Shown piece after piece: positions 1-11,130 of a stretch of DNA of 64,000 nt. The position numbers and the translations under genes are program-made. Under the pieces are notes generated by a model. It ran no database searches. It was given only the letters and a program-made list of their open reading frames with translations, and was not told the origin of the DNA. Every line of letters starts with the position of its first letter. Position 1 is the first letter of the stretch. Origin of the DNA: Anthoceros angustus (Eukaryota; Plantae; Anthocerotophyta); contig MU008204.1 of NCBI GenBank assembly GCA_010909165.1, positions 265,810 to 329,809 of the forward strand, read 5' to 3'.

Positions 1-37
1 CCCTCCAATTGGACAGCGAGCCAGATGGGACCCTCAG

Positions 38-520
38 TCATCGAGGGGGGCCGCACAGCTGCAAGCTGAGAGAGAACAGGCCAGAGGCTGGACCAAACCT
101 AGGTGGAACCTCATCATAGTTGAAAAAGAAGCTGGTGCGATTAGGAACGCCTAGATGCAAGGCCGTTCTACAAGCCAGGAGCGTGCTCCTTTCCCCGAGC
201 AAGAGTGGATGCGGGCAAGAGCGGCGAATAGTAGAGTCCAGAAGGATTGTTCGCCGTGCTTGCCCGTCAAGCAAGGCCCCTACAGCATACTCCAAGGTCC
301 CCGGTTCGATAATGTCTTCAAGTGGCCACATAATCTGTAAATCAAAATTCCATAGGCTTAATAGAAAAGCTAGGAGGGAGCCATCGTCCCTGGTGAGATA
401 ACCCGACCGACAAGCGAAGCAGGACGAAAGAATGCCAAATGCCACACGATGGTCCCCTTACAAAGATAGGTCACCAACGTGGGCCAAGTCCTCCTTCAAA
501 GCTCATCCACAAAACCCTGA
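38..520 (-). mobile_element. possible degenerate non-LTR (CRE-like) reverse transcriptase fragment
   Basis: The minus-strand translation VAFGILSSCFACRSGYLTR...FDLQIMWPLEDII resembles, from memory, the post-RT region of CRE-clade elements (LL.SC....YLLR...FD...LEDI). No catalytic motif is visible and it is cut by the window edge. Confidence 0.25.
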
Positions 521-903
521 ACAAAGGCCGAAGGTCCTATGAGACCCCCAAGACGCAAAGGAACTATATCCCCAAGAAATTAAAAAATTGATTTTTTTAA
601 TAAAAAATATCTTTTATCCAATGTCTTTCATTGGTATGTTCCAAAACTACCTAATAGATTTCATGAACTTAGTATTTCATATTGGAATATCCTGAGTATC
701 TGCTCATGCATGCATATGACATTGTGGGTGTAGTAAATGACTTTAGGTAAGGAGCTCAGTTACTCCTCTCCACCTCGACCCCGTCCCCTTTGGTTATCCC
801 ATCCAGGAGGGACGGGCTTTTCCCATCGTTTTTTTTCACCTCAATAAACCACTTTTCTCATCATTTTTTCACCTCAATAAATAATGTTCCGGATTAGAAT
901 ATA

Positions 904-3900
904 TTAGACTACATTCACGTCAGCATGCCTCGTATCCCGGACGGAAAACGTATGCACCAACCCATCCATGTCGGTCCACAAGCTCTGTCCTGGCGGCTTC
1001 CATGCCCTTTCTCTTTTTCTCCAGGCATGCATCTCCTTTGCCCGCTCCCACATATTTGCATCGGTATATATGTTTGACATCAACACATATGCTGCAGCAT
1101 CTTTCTCATTGATCTTCACAGCTTCTTGGAAAGCATGGCATCCCACCTCAACGTTGCTCCACTTTCGGCAAGCACCCAACACAGTGTGCCAAACTGCAGC
1201 ACCAGGCGGGACAGGCATTGTCCTGACCAAAGACAGTGCCTCATCCAGTCGGCCAGCACGACCCAGAAGATCCACCATGCACGTGTAGTGCTCCACCGTG
1301 GGAATGATGCCGTGGTCTCTTTTCATCGCGTCAAAGTACTCTCTCCCCTTGTTCAAAAGACCCGCATGACTGCATACTGTTAGTACGCTGAGGAGAGTGA
1401 TGCCCACCGGCTGTATGCCGTCCTCCCTCATTCTCTGGACCAAGTCAAAGACCACTTGACTGTCTCCTTGACAGGCGTACCCTGCAATCAGTGCACTCCA
1501 GGTTACAACATCTTGTTCGGGCAACGAGTCAAACACCTGCTGTGCATCAACCATGCTCCCGGCTTTTCCATACATGTTTATCAAACTACCGGCTACAAAC
1601 AAATCAAATTGAAGCCCAGCTTCTTCAATCTGAGCATGCAGCTGCCTCCCCAAATTCAAAGCTGCTACGTTTGCAATGACCTGCAGAAGGCAGACAAACG
1701 TCACGGCGTCAGGTACAGCAAATCCTTCTTCTTGCATACTAGTGTAAAGACGAAGGGCTTCCTGGCCCATCCCCTGTTGCGAATACCCAGCTATAAGGGC
1801 GTTCCACGTCACCACATTTTTTTCACCAAGTCCGTCAAAAACTCGCTGAGCATCCTCTATGCTGCCACACTTCGCATACATGTTCACCAAGCTGCTGGCC
1901 ACAAAGACATCAGCTTGATGCCCCTGCTCTCTAATTTGGACATGAAGCTGCTTTCCCTTCTCCAAAGCTGGGGCACCCACACTTGCACAAGCTTGCAGGA
2001 CGCTCACAAATGTCATAGAGTTGGGTACAATGCCTTCTTCTTGCATAGCGGCAAAGAGATGAAGAGCGTCCTGCCCCATGTCCTGCCGTGAATACCCTGC
2101 TATCATGGCAGTCCATGTCAACACATCTTTTTGGTCAAGCCCGTCAAATACTTTGTGAGCATCCTCTAGGCTGCCACACTTTGCATACATGTTCACCAAA
2201 CCGTTAGCTACAAATACATCAGCTTGATGCCCTCTTTCTGTAATCTGTGTGTGAAGCTGTTTCCCCTTCTCCAAAGCTGGGATACCCACACTAGCACAAG
2301 CCTGTAGGAGGCACACAAAGGTCACAGAATTGGGTACAGCGATGAGTTGTTCTTTCATAGCACTATAAAGTTGGAGCGCTTCCTTCCCCATGCCCTTCTG
2401 GGAATACCCTGCAATCATGGCATTCCACGCCACCACATCTTTTTGACCAAGTCTGTCAAACACTCTGTGAGCATCCTCTAGGCTGCCACATTTTGCATAC
2501 ATGTTTACCAAGCTGTTGGAAGCAAACACATCAGTTTCAAGGCCTCGTTCTCTAATTTGAGCATGAAGCTCCAACCCCTTCTCCAATGCTTGGCTCCCCA
2601 CACTGGCACATGCATGCAGGAGGCACACAAATGTTACTGAATCTGGTACAGCAATGCCTAGTTCTTGCATATCACTGTAGAGTCCAAGCGCTTTCTGCCC
2701 CATACCTTGCTGGGAATACCCTGCAATTAGAGCAGTCCACGTCACCACATCTTTTGACCAAGTCCATCAAACACTCTGTGAGCATCCTCTATGCTGCCAC
2801 ACTTTGCATACATGTTCACCAAGCTGCTGGCCACAAAGACATCAGCTTGATGCCCCTGCTCTAATTTGGACATGAAGCTGCTTCCCATTCTCTAAAGCTG
2901 CGGCTCCACACTTGCACAAGCCTGTAGGAGGCACACAAATGTTACTGAATCTGGTACAGCAATGCCTTCTTCTTGCATACTAGTGTAAAGACGAAGGGCT
3001 TCCTGGCCCATCCCCTGTTGCGAATACCCAGCTATAAGGGCGTTCCACGTCACCACATTTTTTCACCAAGTCCATCAAACACTCTCAGCATCCTCCAGGC
3101 TCCCACACTTTGCATACATGTTCACCAAACCGTTAGCTACAAATACATCAGCTTGATGCCCTGCTCTCTAATTTGAGCATGAAGCTCCAACCCCTTCTCC
3201 AAAGCTGGGGCACCCACACTTGCACATGCCTGCAGGAGGCACACAAATGTTACAGAATCGGGTACAGTGCTGCCTTCTTCTTCCATACAACTGTAGAGAG
3301 CAAGGGCTTCCTGCCCCATGCCCCTGCTGAGAACACCCAGCTATCATGGCATTCCATGTCACCACATCTTTCTGACCAAGTCCGTCAAAAACTCGCTGAG
3401 CATCCTCTAGGCTGCCACACTTTGCATACATGTTCACCAAACCGTTAGCTACAAATACATCAGCTTGATGTTCTCGTTCTCTAATTTGAGCATGAAGCTC
3501 CAACCCCTTCTCAATGCTTGGCTCCCACACTGGCACATGCATGCAGGAGGCACACAAATGTTACTGAATCTGGTACAGCAATGCCTAGTTCTTGCATATC
3601 ACTGTAGAGTCCAAGCGCTTTCTGCCCCATACCTTGCTGGGAATAGCCTGCTATTAGAGCAGTCCACGTCACCACATCTTTCTGACCAAGTCCATCAAAC
3701 ACTCTGTGAGCATCCTCCAGGCTCCCACACTTTGCATACATGTTGACCAAACTGCTGGAAGCAAACACATCAGTTTCAAGGCCTCGTTCTCTAATTTGAG
3801 CATGAAGCTCCAACCCCTTCTCCAATGCTTGGCTCCCCACACTGGCACATGCATGCAGGAGGCACACAAATGTTACTGAATCTGGTACAGCAATGCCTAG

Positions 3901-5931
3901 TTCTTGCATATCACTGTAGAGTCCAAGCGCTTTCTGCCCCATACCTTGCTGGGAATAGCCTGCTATTAGAGCAGTCCACGTCACCACATCTTTCTGACCA
4001 AGTCCATCAAACACTCTCTCAGCATCCTCCAGGCTCCCACACTTTGCATACATATTTACCAAACTGCTGGATACAAACACATCAGCTTCATGTCCTTGCT
4101 CTCTAATCTGTGTGTGAAGCTGCTTCCCATTCTCTAAAGCTGCGGCTCCCACACTTGCACATGCTTGGAGCAGGCATGCAAACGTGACTGAATTGGGTAC
4201 AGCAACGCCTTCTTCTTGCATAGCACTGTAAAGACGAAGGGCTTCCTGGCCCTTGCCCTGCTGGGAATACCCTGCAATTAGAGCAGTCCAGGTCCCTACA
4301 TCTTTTTGAGCAAGCCTGTCAAACACTCCTTGAGCATCTTCCAAGCTACCACACTTCGCATACATGTTCACCAGACTGTTTGCAACAAGCACATCAGCTT
4401 CATGTCCACGTTCTCTAATTTGCGCATGGAGCTGCTTCCCCTTGTCCAAAGCCATGGTGCCTAAACTTGCACAAGCCTGCATGAGGCAGACAAATGTTAC
4501 AGAATCGGGTACAGTGCTGCCTTCTTCTTCCATACAACTGTAGAGAGCAAGGGCTTCCTGCCCCATGCCCTGCTGAGAACACCCAGCTATCATGGCATTC
4601 CATGTCACCACATCTTTTTCACCAAGTTCATCAAAAACGCTGTGAGCATCTTCCAGGCTCCCACACTTTGCATACATGTTGACCAAACTGCTGGAGACAA
4701 ACACATCCGCCTGGTGTCCTCCTTCTCTAATTTGTGCATGAAGTTGCTTGCCCTGCTCCAAAGCTGGAGGACCCACACTTGCACATGCCTGCAGGAGGCA
4801 CAAAAATGTCACGGAATCAGGTGTAACATTACCGTCATCTTGCATAGCCCCGTAGAGATGAAGGGCTTCCTGGCCCATGCCCTGCTGGGTATAACCTGCC
4901 AGCATGGCATTCCAGGTTACCACATTCTTTGCCCCTAGTCCACGAAATACTCCCTCCGCATCCTCTAAGCTGCCACACTTTGCATACATGTCCACCAAGC
5001 AACTCGTAACAAACAAATCAGGCTCAACGCCACAGGCCAGCACATCAGCATGCACCTGCTGTCCAGTATTCAAGTCTGATCCCCTTGCACAAGCTTTAAG
5101 TGTTGCCACAAACACATGACCATCAGCCTTCGCACCTGAACTCCGCATCCGATGATACAGTTGTATAGCTTGCCTGTCCTTCCCATGCTTAACATGGGCA
5201 GAAATTATGGACGACCACATGAAGGCATTCGGTTTGGCAACCTCAGTGAACACATCCATCGCATCTTGCAACCTGCCATGAGAGGCATACATTCGCAGGA
5301 TGTGGTTGCACAGAAATGCGTCCGACTGGTGCCCATTTTTCACTGTGAAAGCATGGACGCGGCGACCCAGAACAAGATCCTTCTTCAAGACACATTCTTT
5401 CAGGACAGTATAAAAGAGAGCCGTGGAAACACAACAGCATGTCTGAACCAAAACACCCAAACCCTCAACAGCCACGGTAACATGGCCCTGATCACATAGC
5501 TTGCTCACGGTTTCAGCCGTCACAGCCGTTTCATATCCAGCAAGGCTATGAGGGTCGGTATCATCCGGCAACCAGCAGCTGGATGCCCAGCCACGACGAC
5601 CCATCCCCAAATCCAGAGCACCCATCTGTGCATCCACCCAAGGCCTCTTGGAGAAATGATTCAGCCACAGGACATACTGGGACTCCCTGAGACGCAAGCC
5701 AGGCAGCCAACAGCATGTTCCGTCTCCTGCCGTATTCCACCATACTGTTGGGCCCCGAAAGACGTCCTGGCAAGGGCCCTCGCTTGAACATCCGTCTCCA
5801 GCTGGACACCCTCCTGGACCTGCTGGCTGCTTCACAGACGTGCTGCACCTCGCTCCTGCCACCGGCTGGTTCCTCGAAGCCAGGTGAGCTCGAGCTCTTC
5901 CTAGAACACCTGTTACCACACTCCCTCCCAT
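904..5931 (-). CDS. PLS-class pentatricopeptide repeat protein (organellar RNA editing factor, E1-E2 plus truncated DYW N-terminus); frameshifted between ~2750 and ~3510
   Basis: ORFs 3511-5931 and 904-2748, plus bridging fragments, encode repeating P (VVTWNAMIAGYSQQG, 36 aa), long L (SVTFVCLLQACASVG, 37 aa) and S (VFVSSSLVNMYAKCG, 31 aa) motifs. These are followed by P2-L2-S2, E1 (AAVWHTVLGACRKWSNVEVG), E2 (AAAYVLMSNIY) and a PG-box-like WKPPGQSLWTDMDGLVHTF before the stop. The N-terminus is transit-peptide-like. Confidence 0.9.
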
Positions 5932-7035
5932 GGCTCACATGACACTAAATGGAATGCATTCCTACATCCAGCAGCTCATTCTTTTGGCAGCAGAGAACAC
6001 ACTGCCCTTGCCCTGCAGCTCCGTTGCCCCCTGCGAGACCTTCCAACAGGGTTTCATGACCATCCCCCTGTCCCCGGGCATCCTCTGTCCGCCAGCAAAA
6101 GACGCAGGCTTCAGGTCCTGACTCCTTGGCTCTCCAGACAACCACGCCTGCCCCGCGCTCAAGCATCGCTGCTGCCCGGCTCAGACCCAGCTCCCGCACT
6201 TCGCATCCCTGAGAAAATCGTGCCGAGCAAAACATGTTGCGGTTATAATCCCAGCAGCCGTAATAGCCAAGTGCTAAGGCATCAGCCGAGGATGCCATAA
6301 TATCTGCTATCGACAGGGCGGTTCCAGTGCTGCTTCACTCCTGGCTCCAGCATTGGGAACATACAGCGATGGGCAAATCCTGCTATGTACAAAGATGCCC
6401 GGGTTAACCATGTCGTCTTTGTACAAAATTACGCCATTTTTTACCTGACATTCTGCGTCACATCTGCCTCAGTGTATTACTCTCATGAGGAATAGACTCC
6501 AGGACGAATCCCTGAGAATCTGACATCTAAGGGCAAGGGCCCCGCCAGAACTCCATTTGGAGGAGATAGGCCTCGTCACATTTGCTACCACGAGATGTCC
6601 ATGAACAGATTCTGCCCATATGCTTCAACCACTGAGCTTTTCGAACTGAGGGCTATGTTCCTCCCAATTTACCAAACTCACGCTGAGGTTAGTAACAAAT
6701 TTTCGGTGGAGATTTATGTAGTTACAAAGCTGGACGGATAAAAGCCTACGATTTTCCTCATTGCCTTAGGTGGATCACATCAAGGTGTAATATTCTAGAT
6801 TCAGCAGTACATTCTTTGGATTCATCAAAGATTCCGTGGCCTACACAAAGAATCTCATTTCATGTGTGTTGGTGAAGCTCTTGAGTATGTAAGGGCCTCA
6901 TATAACTTTGCAATTCAAATATCATTTCAGACAAGCTTATGTCGGATTTAGATTATTGATAACGATATCCAAGTTTTATTGTAGTATTCAAGCTATATTT
7001 ATTTCTATTTCAGAGAAGATTTTTTTACAATAAGT

Positions 7036-8359
7036 ATGGAAACAAGAAGTGACGCTATTGTCATTCTAATACTTTTTCTAGTAGGTATTTTCTAGAGTAT
7101 TGATATAAGTAATTTTTTATTTCATGTTTGTAATGTAAAAGATTGTGATACAATTTTGACGAGTCCTAATGTTTTTTCACCTTGATTAGGTGGGCAAGGT
7201 AACCCTGAGCACTGCATTCACCATGAAGTCGTTTCAAGCAGTGTCGCGTGTAAGTGTACGAGATAAGAGTTTGAATTTGGATGTATTGAATTATTGGGAT
7301 ACAATACTTCCACATACTTATATGCCTTTGTCATTGAAAAATATGGTATCCCCTCTTACAAAGCAAGATACAGACAGGTTCTATGAGTTGATCAAATTGA
7401 ATGGGTTGGATCAAAATAAAGAGCTTGTGGTTAGCTTTTGCAATAAAGCTTCGCTTGTTTGCAATAACTTGGATATTGTCAAGGACAAGAGTGCACTAAT
7501 AATTCCAGCATGTACATGGAATCCCTTTGGAGTATATTTTGGGTATCTTCCAGGTAAAATGATACCCAACAACTTAAGTATACATGGTGCAAAGAATGAC
7601 AATTTAGTAACTCTTAATAATATTTCACGAGATATTCCCTATCAAGTTCGACTCTTGTGGTTTTTTGAAAAGACTCTTAAGTCTATTGTGGATAATGATG
7701 AGACATTCCTTGTCCCCGCTGAGATGTTTTATGCCAGTACATTACAAAGAGTTTTTCTTCCTCGCAAGGTCATGAGAGTATTTGGTAGAGTGACATCCAG
7801 TAGTTTATCCTTCTTTCAGAAAACATTTAGCATTCCTTCAAGTTCCACCATGGCTACTTCCATGAAAGACACTGCAGATTTATGTGACCTAAGCTCAAAT
7901 TCTGTACAAAAGGGGGAAACTCGCAATTGTGTTACATCCTTGGAAGACATGATTGATCTTGTGAGAAAGATATTAAGTGACGCAAACAACCTTAAAAAAA
8001 TTCAAGTTCTAACAAATAAGTCCTTACCTGAGAAGAACCATCATAAAAATGAAAGCTTTGTAGTATCAAAAATAGACTTAAAAAGCGACATAACATCCAA
8101 ATATTTGTCTTGTCATTCATTATTATTTCCATTTCAGGTATATTTTTGTCATTATTTTACTAATACCAAAATTTATGATGTAACCTTAGAGTCTACTATT
8201 CAACCGAAGGTTAAAATTAACAACATCGCTATATGTCATGCGGATACAAGCAATTGGGATCCTGAGCACGTGGCCTTCAAAGTGCTTGGTAGCAAACCGG
8301 GTGGACATGCTATTTGCCATTGGTCAAAACCTAATGCATTTGTATTTGTGACTGCCTAA
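7036..8359 (+). CDS. BURP domain-containing secreted protein (RD22/PG1beta-like), 2 exons: 7036-7080 and 7190-8359
   Basis: The C-terminus has the exact BURP signature CH-X10-CH-X27-CH-X25-CH-W, with an FF dipeptide at the domain start. The upstream ATG at 7036 gives [22 protein letters not shown] donor at 7081 and an AG acceptor at 7188-7189 join in phase 0 to VGKVTLSTA, completing a signal peptide. Confidence 0.9.
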
Positions 8360-8789
8360 ATATAGATTGAAAAATAGATAGTTGAGAACTTGATAGGTAT
8401 ATGATACACAACAATCGAAAACCCCAGTGACCCAGGACAGGATAGAAGAAGACCTTCAAAGTTAACAAACTAGAGAAGTATGCGTTATAAACATTAGATC
8501 AAAAATGACTCCGAGAAGATTGTAGTTAGGAATCCATAAGGACTTTCTACATTGCCAGAGTTGCATTATCTGTGTTAGAGTTGCATTATCTGTGTTATTG
8601 TAGTCTTGCGAAATGGTTTTTGCTATAGTTCTTGGATAGAAGTAGCTAGATATTTTTATAGTATATTAATAAAAAGACGTAGCTATTTAAGAAATAATGA
8701 ATTCTTAATTACATCTTAATTTTTTATCCCAATTTGAGAGACTTTATAGATTTATTAAAGTGTACATCGAAGCTATATAAAAGAAACAT

Positions 8790-8935
8790 TTAGATCGGTA
8801 CTTAGAAGGGGTGCCTAGAGGGAGTGGATGCCCTTGGTGCAATTACTTTGGCACACCATGGTACAAGTTGTAAAGTTGTAAGTCCCATGAGAGGAAAATT
8901 CCGTCCAAGTGGACTATAATAAACTTCTTCTTCTA
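8790..8935 (-). repeat. ~150-bp element, inverted copy of 17527-17736
   Basis: The reverse complement aligns by eye with 17527-17736, sharing blocks such as acaacttgtaccatggtgtgcc, ttgcaccaagggcatccactccct and ctaagtaccgatcta. Confidence 0.85.
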
Positions 8936-9415
8936 AAAGAAATATGATTCAATCACAAGCTTAAGTCTTCACGCACATAAGTTGGGTAATTGTGTGAGTC
9001 GGCCCACAGAAAAAAAGTAATGGTTTTTATACCGACTCATATATGATCTTGGGTATTGATATTCGTGATTATATTTGTATATTTGACAATCGAGTACTAT
9101 ACCTTAGAATGAGGATGGCGGCAAAAGTTGTGGTGCCCATTTTGTGGTGCAGTCTGGTGCTAGTCAAGGGTTTCTATCGTTCCTCCTTTAGTGCGCATCG
9201 TTGACTATCTTGTTCGCTTGTACCAAGAAGGAGCCAAGGAGCTAGCGCTGAGGTGGGGCATTTGCTATAGCAAGTATGGTGGTCCTGTTCCTGAAGAGCT
9301 CCTCATGGGTAGATCTGCATTCGCTGATGGCTATATAGTTGAAGATGAAGTGCCTGACATCATCAAACTCGCCGAGGTTTACAATGTTATCAGAGTCAAT
9401 GTGAACGGGGCATGA

Positions 9416-9690
9416 CATGGCCTCAGATCTCTTGAGGATGCTTGCATCATGTGTCCTCTTGTTCTAAACCATGAGATTGCTTTGGCCATGGCCTCAGATC
9501 TCTTGAGGATGCTTGCAGCCTGTGTCCTCTTGTTCTGAACCATGAGATTGCTTTGGTCATGGCCTCAGATCTCTTGAGGATGCTTGCAGCCTGTGTCCTC
9601 TTGTTCTAAACCATGAGATTGCTTTGGCCATGGCCTTTGATCTCTTGAGGATGCTTCCAGCTTGTGTCCTCTTGTTCTGAACCATGAGAT
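9416..9690 (+). repeat. 71-bp minisatellite, ~4 copies
   Basis: Units start at 9416, 9487, 9558 and 9629 (catggcctcagatctcttgaggatgcttgcagcctgtgtcctcttgttctgaaccatgagattgctttggc). The last unit is cut by the LTR. Confidence 0.95.
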
Positions 9691-9874
9691 TGACGGGATG
9701 AACGCACTTAAGATTAGGGCATGTTTCAGTTTTTAAATAGTTTTGTCACTCAAAGAACCAACAGGCACATCGTTTCACTTGCATCCCTTCATCAGACCTA
9801 CTTGAACACCAGAACAAGACTCTGCTGATAATTTGCTTTTGCCAATCGTCAATGTAATCATCACAAATTTCTCA
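9691..9874 (+). repeat. 5' LTR (184 bp)
   Basis: TGACGGGATG...AAATTTCTCA; 5 substitutions relative to the 3' LTR, 4 of them C/T transitions. Confidence 0.95.
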
Positions 9875-9886
9875 TGATATCAGAGC
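9875..9886 (+). promoter_or_regulatory. primer binding site (tRNA-iMet type, one mismatch)
   Basis: TGATATCAGAGC lies directly after the 5' LTR; the canonical site is TGGTATCAGAGC (11/12 match). Confidence 0.85.
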
Positions 9887-10661
9887 CCCAGGGCAACCAT
9901 GATCTCTGACACTGGTCATGGTCAGTGTCATGGTTATTCTTGCCATCAGTGTCAGAGACCATGGTTGCCCTGGGGCTCTGATATCACCAAGATAGTGATT
10001 CACTATCTTGGTGAAGAGTGGACAAGAGAGGAATTAATCGAACGCCTCTTGGTAGAAGCCATAGACAACCTCATGTGGTTGGCAGGTTGGTATGACCACA
10101 CCGATAATGGTAATTATGACAATCTGAATCACGTTGCCTCCTTGAGGGGTAACCGAAGGACTCATCCAAGTCTGCTCTTAAATTTTAGTTCCTAGAACTT
10201 AGAGTCCGAAGACAGCTTGTGAGGCAACCATTCTCCTCAATGTTGCCCTCATGTCGGGTCTCCAACACCACCGGCATATGTTCCATGATGGCCAGAAACA
10301 GGAGCAGTTGCACTAACAACACTTGGTGTTTGTGCAGTGATCACACCCAACAATTAGAATCGTCTACATCTCCAATAAATCAAGGACAATCCATATCACT
10401 GTAGGGTGATTTCCTACACACTAACCCTCTCCAAGAATCTGTCCATATTCTTGCGAGACGTCTTGACAATCTTTGGGATAGCCAAAATGAATTGAATAAC
10501 CATGTTCGAAGGTCTCATCATCCTAGACTATCATCAATAGAATCCAGGATAATGACCTTGATGTCGCTCTTAGGTCAATTCATTCAGCCAACACCTGCAC
10601 ACTCAGGTCGAAGGCGCAGAGGCAACCGTTCAGGCCGACGTCAATAAGAGCTTGAAGAGTT

Positions 10662-11125
10662 TTGCCGAGTCCCCTCAAAGATATCAAGATGGGAACCGTA
10701 GTCCACAATTACAACGTGGACATAAAAGACCGGGATAGATTTAATGGTTCCGACTACGACACATGGGTAGTCAGAATGGTCTCCATTCTTGACGAGGCAG
10801 ACTTGATGGGAGTCGTCAATGGAATGGTGGCCAAGGTCGTCCTTAACTCTGCCGACTCAAACCAAAAGGATGTAGACGACTGTAACAAACTGGACAAAAA
10901 GGCTAGGAAACTTATCTTGGCCGGGTTGGAGAGGTCCATGCTCCACCAAGTGGATGGAACCGAAACTGCTGCCCAAGCGTGGGCACAACTCTCCAACTCA
11001 TATCAAGCGGAGGAGGGTGTGAGCATGGTAAGGTGACCACTAATTTAGGAAATGGGCGAAACCGTCTCTAAGTGGTGTTTTGCATTACGTTCAGATTAAG
11101 GAGGAATAAAGGGAATAGTAGGCGT
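10662..11125 (+). pseudogene. copia gag N-terminal fragment
   Basis: RFNGSDYDTWVVRMVSIL...DKKARKLILAGL...TAAQAWAQL matches the copia gag (DUF4219/UBN2-like) pattern. It is frameshifted after 11036. Confidence 0.85.
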
Positions 11126-11130
11126 TAGAC

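Noticed and set aside
779-815. 8-bp GC stem (cccgtccc/gggacggg) downstream of PPR gene 1
   Set aside because: Too short to exceed chance, and bacterial-type terminators are irrelevant here.
968-5787. Numerous antisense and alternate-frame ORFs over the PPR genes (and likewise over 18.4-27.9 kb)
   Set aside because: They are shadows of repetitive PPR coding sequence with no independent domain signal.
5945-6298. 117-aa minus-strand ORF upstream of PPR gene 1
   Set aside because: It ends in a stop before the PPR start, has no domain signal and is not clearly shared with the paralog; it is probably 5' flank.
9191-9415. 74-aa ORF (RIVDYLVRLYQEG...IRVNVNGA)
   Set aside because: It looks protein-like but has no recognisable motif, true ATG or splice context, so it was left unassigned.
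9416-9690. CRISPR-like appearance of regularly spaced repeats (also 16352-16489)
   Set aside because: Whole units are repeated with no unique spacers, there are no cas genes, and the context is eukaryotic.
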